From Eledone cirrhosa (taxonomy: Eukaryota): DNA of 64,000 nucleotides. The DNA lies in NCBI GenBank assembly GCA_964016885.1, contig OZ024741.1, forward strand, positions 401,450,001 to 401,514,000, given 5' to 3'. Positions 1 through 15,000 of the stretch are shown here, one piece after another. The first letter of the stretch is position 1. Every line of letters begins with the position of its first letter. A program made the position numbers and the translations under genes. The notes under the pieces were generated by a model that worked only from the letters and a program-made list of their open reading frames with translations, ran no database searches and was not told the origin of the DNA.

Positions 1-3000
1 CCTGTTCAATAGTTTGATAACATCCCATAACCCTAGTTCAATAGATTGACATCATCCCATAACCACAGTTCAATAGTTAAATGACATCCCATAACTCCAG
101 TTCAATAGTTTGACTACATCCCATGATCCCAGTTCAATAGTTTAATGACATCCTATGAAATCAGTTCAATAGTTTTACAACATCACATGACCCCAGTTCA
201 ATAGTTGGACAGCATCCCATGACCCCAGTTCAATAGTTTAATGACATCCCATGACCCCAGTTCAATAGTTTGAAAACATCGCATGACAACAGTTCAATAA
301 TTTGACAACATCCCATAACCCTAGTTCGATAGTTTAATGACATCCCATGACCCCAGTTCAATAGTTTGACAACATCCCATAACCCTAGTACAATGGTTTG
401 ATGACATCCCATAAACCCAGTTCAATAGTTTGACAACATCCCACAACCCTAGTTCAATAGGTTAATGACATCCCATGACCCCAGTTCAATAGTTTGACAA
501 CATCACATGACTCCAGTTCAATAGTTTGACAACATCACATGACCCCAGTTCAATAGTTTAATGACATCACATGACCCCAGTCCAATAGTTTGATGACATC
601 CCACAACCCAGTTCAATTGTTTAATGAGATCCCATGACCCCAGTTCATTAGTTTAATTACATCCCATGACCCAGTTCAATAGTTTAAGGACATCTCATGA
701 CCCCAGTTCAATAGTTTGATGACATCCCATTACCCCAGTTCAATAGTTTCACAACATCCCATGACCACTCTTCAATAGTTTGATGACATCCCATTACCCC
801 AGTTCAATAGTTTGACAACATCGCATGACCCCTGTTCAATAGTTTCATGACATCCCATAACCCCAGTTCAATAGTTTGACAACATCACATGATCCCTATT
901 AAATAGTTTCATGACATCCCATAACCCCAGTTCAATAGTTTAATGACATCCCATAACTCCAGTTCAATAGTTATTGAGAACCCATGACCCCAGTTCAATA
1001 GTTTAACGACATCCCATTACAGCTGTTCTATAGTTTAATGACATCACATGACCCCAGTTCAATAGTTTGACAACATCCCATGACCCCTCTTCAATAGTTT
1101 GATGACATCCCATGAGCCCAGTTCAATGGGTTAATGACATCCCATAACTCCATTTCAATAGTTTAATGACATCCCATGACCCCAGTTCAATATTTTAATG
1201 ACATCCCATGACCCCTGTTCAATAGTTTAATGCCATCCCATGACACCGGTTCAATAGTTTGATGACATCCCATGACCTCAGTTCAATAATTTAATGACAT
1301 CCCATAACTCCAGTTCAATAGTTTGACAACATCCCATAACCCTAGTTCAATAGTTAATGACACCCCATGACCCCAGTTCAATAGTTTGACAACATCCCAT
1401 TACCCTAGTTCAATAGTTTAATGACATCCCATTACACCTGTTCTATAGTTTAATGACATCACATGACCCCAGTTCAATAGTTTGACAACATCCCATGACC
1501 CCTGTTCAATAGTTTGATGACATCCCATGAGCCCAGTTCAATGTTTTAATGACATCCCATAACTCCATTTCAATAGTTTAATGACATCCCATGACCCCAG
1601 TTCAATATTTTAATGACATCCCATGACCCCTGTTCAATAGTTTAATGCCATCCCATGACCCCGGTTCAATAGTTTGATGGCATCCCATGACCCCAGTTCA
1701 ATAGTTTAATGACATCCCATAACTCCAGTTCAATAGTTTGACAACATCCCATAACCCTAGTTCAATAGTTAATGACACCCCATGACCTCAGTTCAATAAT
1801 TTGACAACATCACATGACCCTTGTTCAATAGTTTGATGACATCCCATAACCCCAGTTCAATAGTTTAATGACATGCCATAACCCCAGGTCAATAGTTTAA
1901 TGACATGCCATGACCCCAGTTCAATTGTTTGACAACATCCCATAACCCTAGTTCAATAGTTTAATGACATCCCATGAGCCCAATTAAATGGTTTGACAAC
2001 ATCCCATGACGCCAGTTCAATAGTTTAATGACATCCTATGACCCCAGTTCAATAGTTTGACAACATCCCATGATCCCTGTTCAATAGTTTGATGACATCG
2101 CATGAGCCCAGTTCGATGGTTTGACAACATCCCATGACGCCTGTTCAATAGTTTGATGACAACCCATAACCCCAGTTCAATAGTTTGACAACAACGCATA
2201 GCCCTAGTTCAAATGTTTTATGACATCCCATGACGCCAGTTAAAAAGTTTAATGACATCCCATAACCCTGTTCAATAGTTTGATAACATCCCATAACCCT
2301 AGTTCAATAGATTGACATCATCCCATAACCCCAGTTCAATAGTTAAATGACATCCCATAACTCCAGTTCAATAGTTTGACTACATCCCATGATCCCAGTT
2401 CAATAGTTTAATGACATCCCATGAAATCAGTTCAATAGTTTTACAACATCACATGACCCCAGTTCAATAGTTGGACAGCATCCCATGACCCCAGTTCAAT
2501 AATTTGACAACATCCCATAACCCTAGTTCGATAGTTTAATGACATCCCATGACCCCAGTTCAATAGTTTGACAACATCCCATAACCCTAGTTCAATAGTT
2601 TGTTGACATCCTATAAACCCAGTTCAATAGTTTGACAACATCCCACAACCCTAGTTCAATAGGTTAATGACATCCCATGACCCCAGTTCAATAGTTTCAC
2701 AACATCACATGACTGCAGTTCAATAGTTTGACAACATCACATGACCCCAGTTCAATAGTTTAATGACACCACATGACCCCAGTCCAATAGTTTGATGACA
2801 TACCATAACCCCAGTTCAATAGTTTGATGACATCCCACAACCCCAGTTCAATTGTTTAATGAGATCCCATGACCCCACTTCATTAGATTAATTACATCCC
2901 ATGACCCCAGTTCAATAGTTTAAGGACATCTCATGACCCCAGTTCAATAGTTTGACAACATCCTATGACCACTGTTCAATAGATTGATGACATCCCATTA

Positions 3001-6000
3001 CCCCAGTTCAATAGTTTGACAACATCCCATGACCCCTGTTCAATAGTTTGATGACATCCCATAACCCCAGTTCAATAGTTTGACAACATCACATGATCCC
3101 TATTAAATAGTTTCATGACATCCCATAACCCCAGTTCAATAATTTGACAACATCCCATGAACCTAGTTCAATAGTTTAATGACATCCCATGACACCAGTT
3201 CAATAGTTTGCCAACATCACATAACCCCAGTTCAATACTTTGACAACATCCCATAGCCCTAGGTCAATAGTTTAATGACATCCCATGAACCCAGTTCAAT
3301 AGTTTGACAACATCCCATAACCCTAGTTTAATAGTTTAATGACATACCATGACCCCAGTTCAATAGTTTGACAACATCACATGACCCCAGTGCAATAGTT
3401 TGATAACATCCCATAACCCTAGTTCAATAGTTTAATGACATCCCATAACTCCAGTTCAATAGTTATTGAGAACCGTGACCCCAGTTCAATAGTTTAACGA
3501 CCTCCCATGACACCTGTTCAATAGTTTAATGACATCACATGACCCCAGTTCAATAGTTTGACAACATCCCATGACCCCTGTTCAATAGTTTGATGACATC
3601 CCATAAGCCCAGTTGAATGGTTTAATGACATCCCATAACTCCATTTCAATAGTTTAATGACATCCCATAACCCCAGTTCAATATTTTAATGACATCCCAT
3701 GACCCCGGTTCAATAGTTTGATGACATCCCATGACCCCAGTTCAATAGTTTAATGACATCCCATAACTCCAGTTCAATAGTTTGACAACATCCCATAACC
3801 CTAGTTCAATAGTTAATGACATCCCATGACCTCAGTTCAAATAGTTTGACAACATCACATGACCCCAGTTCAATAGTTTGACAACATCACTTACCCCAGT
3901 CCAATAGTTTGATGACATACCATAACCCCAGTCCAATTGTTTGATGACAACCTATAACCCCAGTTCAATAGTTTGACAACAACCCATAGCCCTAGTTCAA
4001 TAGTTTAATGACATCCCATGACGACAGTTCAAAATTTTAATGACATCCCATAACCCTGTTCAATAGTTTGATAACATCCCATAACCCTAGTTCAATAGAT
4101 TGACATCATCCCATAACCCCAGTTAAAAAGTTTGACAACATCCCATAACCCCAGTTCAATAGTTTAATGATATCAAATGACCCCAGTTAAAAAGTTTGAC
4201 AACATCCCATAATCCCAGTTCAATAGTTTAATGACATCAAATGACCCCAGTTCAATAGTTTAATGACATCCCATAACCCCAGTTCAATAGTTTGACAACA
4301 TTCCATGACCCTAGTTCAATAGTTTAATGACATCCCATGACCCCAGTTCAATACATTGACAACATCGCATGACCCCAGTTCAATAGTTTGATGACATCCC
4401 ATATAGCCCAGTTCAATAGTTTGACAACATCCCATAACGCCTGTTCAATAGTTTAATGACAGACCATGACCCGAGTTCAATAGTTTGACAACATCCCATA
4501 ACCCTAGTTTAATAGTTGAATGACATCCCATCACCCCAGTTTAATTGTTTGACAACATCACATGACCCCAATTCAATAGTTTGATGACATCCCATAACCC
4601 CAGTTTAATAGATTGATAACATCCCATAACCCTAGTTCAATAGTTTAATGACATCCCATAACCCCAGTTGAATAGTTTAATGACATCCCATTACTACAGT
4701 TCGATAGTTTAATGACATCCCATGACACCTGTTCAATAGTTTATTGACATCCCATGAGCCCAGTTCAATAGTGTGACAACATCAATTGACCCCAGTTCAA
4801 TAGTTTAATGACATCCCATAACCCCAGTTCAATAGTTTGACAAAATTACATGACCCCTGTTCAATAGTTTGATGACATCCCATAACCCCAGTTCAATAGT
4901 TCGATAACATCCCATGACCCCAGTTCAATAGTTTAATTACATCCCATAACCCCAGTTCAACAGTTTGACAACATCCCATAACCCCAGTTCAATAGTTCGA
5001 TAACATCCCATGACCCCAGTTCAATAGTTTAATTACATCCTATAACCCCAGTTCAATAGTTTGACAACATCCCACAACCCTAGTTCAATAGGTTAATGAC
5101 ATCCCATGACCCCAGTTCAATAGTTTGTCAACATCACATGACTCCAGTTCAATAGTTTGACAATATCCCATAACCCTAGTTCAATATTTTAATGACATCC
5201 CATGACACCAGTTCAATAGTTTGACAACATCCCATAATCCTAGTTCAATAGTTTAATGACATCCCATGACGCCATTTCAATAGTTTGACAACATCACATG
5301 ACCCCAGTTCAATAGTTTAATGACATCCAATGACCCCTGTACAATAGTTTGATGAGATCCCATAACCCCAGTTCAATAGTTTGACAACATCCCATGACCC
5401 CTGTTCAATAGATTTATGACATCCCATGAACCCAGTTTAATAGTTTTGATGACATACCATAACCCCAGTTCAATAGTTTGATGACATCCCACAACCCCAG
5501 TTCAATTGTTTAATGAGATCCCATGACCCCAGTTCAATAGTTTAATTACATCCCATGACCCCAGTTCAATAGTTTAATGACATCCCATGACACCAGTTCA
5601 ATAGTTTGACAACATCCCATAACCCTAGTTCAATAGTTTGAAAACATCGCATGACAACAGTTCAATAATTTGACAACATCCCATAACACTAGTTTGATAG
5701 TTTATTGACATCCCATGACCCCAGTTCAATAGTTTGACAACATCCCATAACCCTAGTACAATAGTTTAATGACATCCCATAAACCCAGTTCAATAGTTTG
5801 ACAACATCCCACAACCCTAGTTCAATAGGTTATTGACATCCCATGACCCCAGTTCAATAGTTTGACAACATCACATGACTCCAGTTCAATAGTTTGACAA
5901 CTATCACATGACCCCAGTTCAATAGATTAATGACATCACATGACCCCAGTCCAATAGTTTGATGACATCCCACAACCCCAGTTCAATTGTTTAATGAGAT

Positions 6001-9000
6001 CCCATGACCCCAGTTCATTAGTTTACTTACATCACATGACCCAGTTCAATAGTTTAAGGACATCTCATGACCCCAGTTCAGTAGTTTGACAACATCCTAT
6101 GACCCCTGTTCAATAGTTTTATGACATCCCATTACCCCAGTTCAATAGTTTGACAACATCCCATGACCACTGTTCAATACTTTGATGACATCCCATAACC
6201 CCAGTTCAATAGTTTGACAACATCACATGATCCCTGTTAAATAGTTTCATGACATCCCATAACCCCAGTTCAATAGTTTGACAACATCCCATAAACCTAG
6301 TTCAATAGTTTAATGACATCCCGTGACCCCAGTTCAATAGTTTGACAACATCCCATAGCCCTAGGTCAATAGTTTAATGACATCCCATGAACCCAGTTCA
6401 ATAGTTTTACAACATCCCATAACCCTAATTTAATAGTTTAATGACATACCATGACCCCAGTTCAATAGTTTGACAACATCACATGACCCCAGTGTAATAG
6501 TTTGATAACATCCCATAACCCTAGTTCAATAGTTTAATGACATCCCATAACTCCAGTTCAATAGTTATTGAGAACACATGACCCCAGTTCAATAGTTTAA
6601 CGACATCCCATTACACCTGTTCTATAGTTTAATGACATCCCATAACTCCATTTCAATAGTTTACTGACATCCCATGACCCCAGTTCAATATATTAATGAC
6701 ATCCCATGACCCCTGTTCAATAGTTTAATGCCATCCCATGACCCCGGTTCAATAGTTTGATGACATCCCATGACCCCAGTTCAATAGTTTAATGACATCC
6801 CATAACTCCAGTTCAATAGTTTGACAACATCCCATAACCCTAGTTCAATAGTTAATGACACCCCATGACCTCAGTTCAATAGTTTGACAACATCACATGA
6901 CCCCTGTTCAATAGTTTGATGACATGCCATAACCCCAGTTCAATAGTTTAATGACATGCCATAACCCCAGTTCAATAGTTTAATGACATGCCATGACCCC
7001 AGTTCAATAGTTTGACAACATCCCATAACCCTAGTTCAATAGTTTAATGACATCCCATTACACCTGTTCTATAGTTTAATGACATCACATGACCCCAGTT
7101 CAATAGTTTGACAACATCCCATGACCCCTGTTCAATAGTTTGATGACATCCCATGAGCCCAGTTCAATGGTTTAATGACATCCCATAACTCCATTTCAAT
7201 AGTTTAATGACATCTCATGACCCCAGTTCAATATTTTAATGACATCCCATGACCCCTGTTCAATAGTTTAATGCCATCCCATGACCCCAGTTCAATAGTT
7301 TGATGACATCCCATGACCCCAGTTCAATAGTTTAATGACATCCCATAACTCCAGTTCAATAGTTTGACAACATCCCATAACCCTAGTTCAATAGTTAATG
7401 ACACCCCATGACCTCAGTTCAATAGTTTGACAACATCACATGACCCTTGTTCAATAGTTTGATGACATCCCATAACCCCAGTTCAATAGTTTAATGACAT
7501 GCCATAACCCCAGTTCAATAGTTTAATGACTTGCCATGACCCCAGTTCAATAGTTTGACAAAATCCCATAACCCTAGTTCAATAGTTTAATGACATCCCA
7601 TGAGCCCAATTCAATAGTTTGACAACATCCCACAACCCCAGTTCAATTGTTTAATGAGATCCCATGACCCCAGTTCATTAGTTTAATTACATCCCATGAC
7701 CACAGTTCAATAGTTTAAGGACATCTCATGACCCAAGTTCAATAGTTTGACAACATCCTATGACCACTGTTCAATAGTTTGATGACATCCCATTACCCAA
7801 GTTCAATAGTTTGACAACATCCCATGACCCCTGTTCAATAGTTTGATGACATCCCATAACCCCAGTTCAATAGTTTGACAACATCACATGATCCCTGTTA
7901 AATAGTTTCATGACATCCCATAACCCCAGTTCAATAGTTTGACAACATCCCATAAACCTAGTTCAATAGTTTAATGACATCCCATGACCCCAGTTCAATA
8001 GTTTGCCAACATCACATAACCCCAGTTCAATAGTTTGACAACATCCCATAGCCCTAGGTCAATAGTTTAATGACATCCCATGAACCCAGTTCAATAGTTT
8101 GACAACATCCCATAACCCTAGTTTAATAGTTTAATGACATCCCATGACCCCAGTTCAATAGTTTGAAAACATCGCATGACAACAGTTCAATAATTTGACA
8201 ACATCCAATAACCCTAGTTCGATAGTTTAATGACATCCCATGACCCCAGTTCAATAGTTTGACAACATCCCACAACCCTAGTTCAATAGGTTAATGACAT
8301 CCCATGACCCCAGTTCAATAGTTTGACAACATCACGTGACTCCAGTTCAATAGTTTGACAACATCACATGACCCCAGTTCAATAGTTTAATGACATCACA
8401 TGACCCCAGTCCAATAGTTTGATGACATCCCACAACCCCAGTTCAATTGTTTAATGAGATCCCATGACCCCAGTTCATTAGTTTAATTACATCCCATGAC
8501 CCAGTTCAATAGTTTAAGGACATCTCATGACCCCAGTTCAGTAGTTTGACAACATCCTATGACCCCTGTTCAATAGTTTGATGACATCCCATGACCCCAG
8601 TTCAATAGTTTGACAACATCCCATGACCACTGTTCAATAGTTTGATGACATCCCATAACCCCAGTTCAATAGTTTGACAACATCACATGATCCCTGTTAA
8701 ATAGTTTCATGACATCCCATAACCCCAGTTCAATAGTATGACAACATCCCATAGCCCTAGGTCAATAGTTTAATGACATCCCATGAACCCAGTTCAATAG
8801 TTTGACAACATCCCATAACCCTAGTTTAATAGTTTAATGACATACCATGACCCCAGTTCAATAGTTTGACAACATCACATGACCCCAGTGCAATAGTTTG
8901 ATAACATCCCATAACCCTAGTTCAATAGTTAAATGACATCCCATAACTCCAGTTCAATAGTTATTGAGAACCCATGACCCCAGTTCAATAGTTTAACGAC

Positions 9001-12000
9001 ATCCCATTACACCTGTTCTATAGTTTAATGACATCACATGACCCCAGTTCAATAGTTTGACAACATCCCATGACCCCTGTTCAATAGTTTGATGACATCC
9101 CATGAGCCCAGTTTAATGGTTTAATGACGTCCCATAACTCCATTTCAATAGTTTAATGACATCCCATGACCCCAGTTCAATAGTTTGAAAACATCGCATG
9201 ACAACAGTTCAATAATTTGACAACATCCCATAACCCTAGTTCGATAGTTTAATGACATCCCATGACCCCAGTTCAATAGTTTGACAACATCCCATAACCC
9301 TAGTTCAATAGTTTGTTGACATCCCATAAACCCAGTTCAATAGTTTGACCACATCCCACAACCCTAGTTCAATAGGTTAATGACATCCCATGACCCCAGT
9401 TCAATAGTTTCACAACATCACATGACTCCAGTTCAATAGTTTGACAACATCACATGACCCCAGTTCAATAGTTTAATGACACCACATGACCCCAGTCCAA
9501 TAGTTTGATGACATCCCACAACCCCAGTTCAATTGTTTAATGAGATCCCATGACCCCAGTTCATTAGATTAATTACATCCCATGACCCCAGTTCAATAGT
9601 TTAAGGACATCTCATGACCCCAGTTCAATAGTTTGACAACATCCTATAACCACTGTTCAATAGTTTGATGACATCCCATTACCCCAGTTCAATAGTTTGA
9701 CAACATTCCATGACCCCTGTTCAATAGTTTGATGACATCCCATAACCCCAGTTCAATAGTTTGACAACATCACATGATCCCTGTTAAATAGTTTCATGAC
9801 ATCCCATAACCCCAGTTCAATAGTTTGACAACATCCCATAAACCTAGTTCAATAGTTTAATGACATCCCATGACCCCAGTTCAATAGTTTGCCAACATCA
9901 CATAACCCCAGTTCAATAGTTTGACAACATCCCATAGCCCTAGGTCAATAGTTTAATGACATCCCATGAACCCAGTTCAATAGTTTGACAACATCCCATA
10001 ACCCTAGTTTAATAGTTTAATGACATCCCATGACCCCAGTTCAATAGTTTGAAAACATTGCATGACAACAGTTCAATAATTTGACAACATCCAATAACCC
10101 TAGTTCGATAGTTTAATGACATCCCATGACCCCAGTTCAATAGTTTGACAACATCCCATAACCCTAGTACAATAGTTTGATGACATCCCATAAACCCAGT
10201 TCAATAGTTTGACAACATCCCACAACCCTAGTTCAATAGGTTAATGACATCCCATGACCCCAGTTCAATAGTTTGACAACATCACGTGACTCCAGTTCAA
10301 TAGTTTGACAACATCACATGACCCCAGTTCAATAGTTTAATGACATCACATGACCCCAGTCCAATAGTTTGATGACATCCCACAACCCCAGTTCAATTGT
10401 TTAATGAGATCCCATGACCCCAGTTCATTAGTTTAATTACATCCCATGACCCAGTTCAATAGTTTAAGGACATCTCATGACCCCAGTTCAGTAGTTTGAC
10501 AACATCTTATGACCCCTGTTCAATAGTTTGATGACATCCCATGACCCCAGTTCAATAGTTTGACAACATCCCATGACCACTGTTCAATAGTTTGATGACA
10601 TCCCATAACCCCAGTTCAATAGTTTGACAACATCACATGATCCCTGTTAAATAGTTTCATGACATCCCATAACCCCAGTTCAATAGTTTGACAACATCCC
10701 ATAGCCCTAGGTCAATAGTTTAATGACATCCCATGAACCCAGTTCAATAGTTTGACAACATCCCATAACCCTAGTTTAATAGTTTAATGACATACCATGA
10801 CCCCAGTTCAATAGTTTGACAACATCACATGACCCCAGTGCAATAGTTTGATAACATCCCATAACCCTAGTTCAATAGTTTAATGACATCCCATAACTCC
10901 AGTTCAATAGTTATTGAGAACCCATGACCCCAGTTCAATAGTTTAACGACATCCCATTACACCTGTTCTATAGTTTAATGGCATCACATGACCCCAGTTC
11001 AATAGTTTGACAACATCCCATGACCCCTGTTCAATAGTTTGATGACATCCCATGAGCCCAGTTCAATGGTTTAATGACGTCCCATAACTCCATTTCAATA
11101 GTTTAATGACATCCCATGACCCCAGTTCAATAGTTTGAAAACATCGCATGACAACAGTTCAATAATTTGACAACATCCCATAACCCTAGTTCGATAGTTT
11201 AATGACATCCCATGACCCCAGTTCAATAGTTTGACAACATCCCATAACCCTAGTTCAATAGTTTGTTGACATCCCATAAACCCAGTTCAATAGTTTGACA
11301 ACATCCCACAACCCTAGTTCAATAGGTTAATGACATCCCATGACCCCAGTTCAATAGTTTCACAACATCACATGACTCCAGTTCAATAGTTTGACAACAT
11401 CACATGACCCCAGTTCAATAGTTTAATGACACCACATGACCCCAGTCCAATAGTTTGATGACATCCCACAACCCCAGTTCAATTGTTTAATGAGATCCCA
11501 TGACCACAGTTCATTAGATTAATTACATCCCATGACCCCAGTTCAATAGTTTAAGGACATCTCATGACCCCAGTTCAATAGTTTGACAACATCCTATAAC
11601 CACTGTTCAATAGTTTGATGACATCCCATTACCCCAGTTCAATAGTTTGACAACATTCCATGACCCCTGTTCAATAGTTTGATGACATCCCATAACCCCA
11701 GTTCAATAGTTTGACAACATCACATGATCCCTGTTAAATAGTTTCATGACATCCCATAACCCCAGTTCAATAGTTTGACAACATCCCGTAAACCTAGTTC
11801 AATAGTTTAATGACATCCCATGACCCCAGTTCAATAGTTTGCCAACATCACATAAACACAGTTAAATAGTTTGACAACATCCCATAGCCCTAGGTCAATA
11901 GTTTAATGACATCCCATGAACCCAGTTCAATAGTTTGACAACATCCCATAACCCTAGTTTAATAGTTTAATGACATACCATGACCCCAGTTCAATAGTTT

Positions 12001-15000
12001 GACAACATCACATGACCCCAGTGCAATAGTTTGATAACATCCCATAACCCTAGTTCAATAGTTTAATGACATCCCATAACTCCATTTCAATAGTTATTGA
12101 GAACCCGTGACCCCAGTTCAATAGTTTAACGACCTCCCATGACACCTGTTCAATAGTTTAATGACATCACATGACCCCAGTTCAATAGTTTGACAACATC
12201 CCATGACCCCTGTTCAATAGTTTGATGACATCCCATGAGCCCAGTTCAATGGTTTAATGACATCCCATAACTCCATTTCAATAGTTTAATGACATCCCAT
12301 GACCCCAGTTCAATATTTTAATGACATCCCATGACCCCGTTTCAATAGTTTGATGACATCCCATGACCCCAGTTCAATAGTTTAATGACATCCCATAACT
12401 CCAGTTCAATAGTTTGACAACATCCCATAACCCTAGTTCAATAGTTAATGACATCCCATGACCTCAGTTCAAATAGTTTGACAACATCACATGACCCCAG
12501 TTCAATAGTTTGACAACATCACTTACCCCAGTCCAATAGTTTGATGACATACCATAACCCCAGTTCAATAGTTTGATGACAACCCATAACCCCAGTTCAA
12601 TAGTTTGACAACAACCCATAGCCCTAGTTCAATAGTTTAATGACATCCCATGACGCCAGTTCAAAATTTTAATGACATCCCATAACCCTGTTCAATAGTT
12701 TGATAACATCCCATAACCCTAGTTCAATAGATTGACATCATCCCATAACCCCAGTTAAAAAGTTTGACAACATCCCATAACCCCAGTTCAATAGTTTAAT
12801 GACATCAAATGACCCCAGTTAAAAAGTTTGACAACATCCCATAATCCCAGTTCAATAGTTTAATGACATCAAATGACCCCAGTTCAATAGTTTAATGACA
12901 TCCCATAACCCCAGTTCAATAGTTTGACAACATTCCATGACCCTAGTTCAATAGTTTAATGACATCCCATGACCCCAGTTCAATACATTGACAACATCGC
13001 ATGACCCCAGTTCAATAGTTTGATGACATCCCATATACCCCAGTTCAATAGTTTGACAACATCCCATAACCCCTGTTCAATAGTTTAATGACAGACCATG
13101 ACCCGAATTCAATAGTTTGACAACATCCCATAGCCCTAGGTCAATAGTTTAATGACATCCCATGAAGCCAGTTCAATAGTTTGACAACATCCCATAACCC
13201 TAGTTTAATAGATTAATGACATACCATGACCCCAGTTCAATAGTTTGACAACATCACATGACCCCAGTGCAATAGTTTGATAACATCCCATAACCCTAGT
13301 TCAATAGTTTAATGACATCCCATAACTCCAGTTCAATAGTTATTGAGAACCCGTGACCCCAGTTCAATAGTTTAACGACCTCCAATGACACCTGTTCAAT
13401 AGTTTAATGACATCACATGACCCCAGTTCAATAGTTTGACAACATCCCATGACCCCTGTTCAATAGTTTGATGACATCCCATGAGCCCAGTTCAATGGTT
13501 TAATGACATTCCATAACTCCATTTCAATAGTTTAATAACATCCCATGACCCCAGTTCAGTATTTTAATGACATCCCATGACCCCTGTTCAATAGTTTAAT
13601 GCCATCCTATGACCCCGGTTCAATAGTTTGATGACATCCCATGACCCCAGTTCAATAGTTTAATGACATCCCATAACTCCAGTTCAATAGTTTGACAACA
13701 TCCCATAACCTTAGTTCAATAGTTAATGACACCCCATGACCTCAGTTCAATAGTTTGACAACATCACATGACCCTTGTTCAATAGTTTGATGACATCCCA
13801 TAACCCCAGTTCAATAGTTTAATGACATGCCATAACCCCAGTTCAATAGTTTAATGACATGCCATGACCACAGTTCAATAGTTTGACAACATCCCATTAC
13901 CCTAGTTCAATAGTTTAATGACATCCCATGAGCCCAATTCAATAGTTTGACAACATCCCATGACCCCAGTTCAATAGTTTAATGACATCCTATGACCCCA
14001 GTTCAATAGTTTGACAACATCCCATGACCCCTGTTCAATAGTTTGATGACATCGCATGAGCCCAGTTCAATGGTTTGACAACATCCCATGACCCCTGTTC
14101 CATAGTTTGAGGACAACCCATAACCCCAGTTCAATAGTTTGACAACAACCCATAGCCCTAGTTCAATAGTTTATTGACATCCCATGACGCCAGTTCAAAA
14201 GTTTAATGACATCCCATTACCCTGTTCAATAGTTTGATAACATCCCATAACCCTAGTTCAATAGATTGACATAATCCCATAACCCCAGTTCAATAGTTAA
14301 ATGACATCCCATAACTCCAGTTCAATAGTTTGACTACATCCCATGACCCCAGTTCAATAGTTTAATGACATCCCATGAAATCAGTTCAATAGTTTTACAA
14401 CATCACATGACCCCAGTTCAATAGTTGGACAGCATCCCATGACCCCAGTTCAATAGTTTGAAAACATCGCATGACAACAGTTCAATAATTTGACAACATC
14501 CCATAACCCTAGTTCGATAGTTTAATGACATCCCATGACCCCAGTTCAATAGTTTGACAACATCCTATAACCCTAGTTCAATAGTTTGTTGACATCCCAT
14601 AAACCCAGTTCAATAGTTTGACAACATCCCACAACCCTAGTTCAATAGGTTAATGACATCCCATGACCCCAGTTCAATAGTTTCACAACATCACATGACT
14701 CCAGTTCAATAGTTTGACAACATCACATGACCCCAGTTCAATAGTTTAATGACACCACATGACCCCAGTCCAATAGTTTGATGACATACCATAACCCCAG
14801 TTCAATAGTTTGATGACATCCCACAACCCCAGTTCAATTGTTTAATGAGATCCCATGACCCCAGTTCATTAGTTTAATTACATCCCATGACCCCAGTTCA
14901 ATAGTTTAAGGACATCTCATGACCCCAGTTCAATATTTTGACAACATCCTATGACCACTGTTCAATAGTTTGATGACATCCCATTACCCCAGTTCAATAG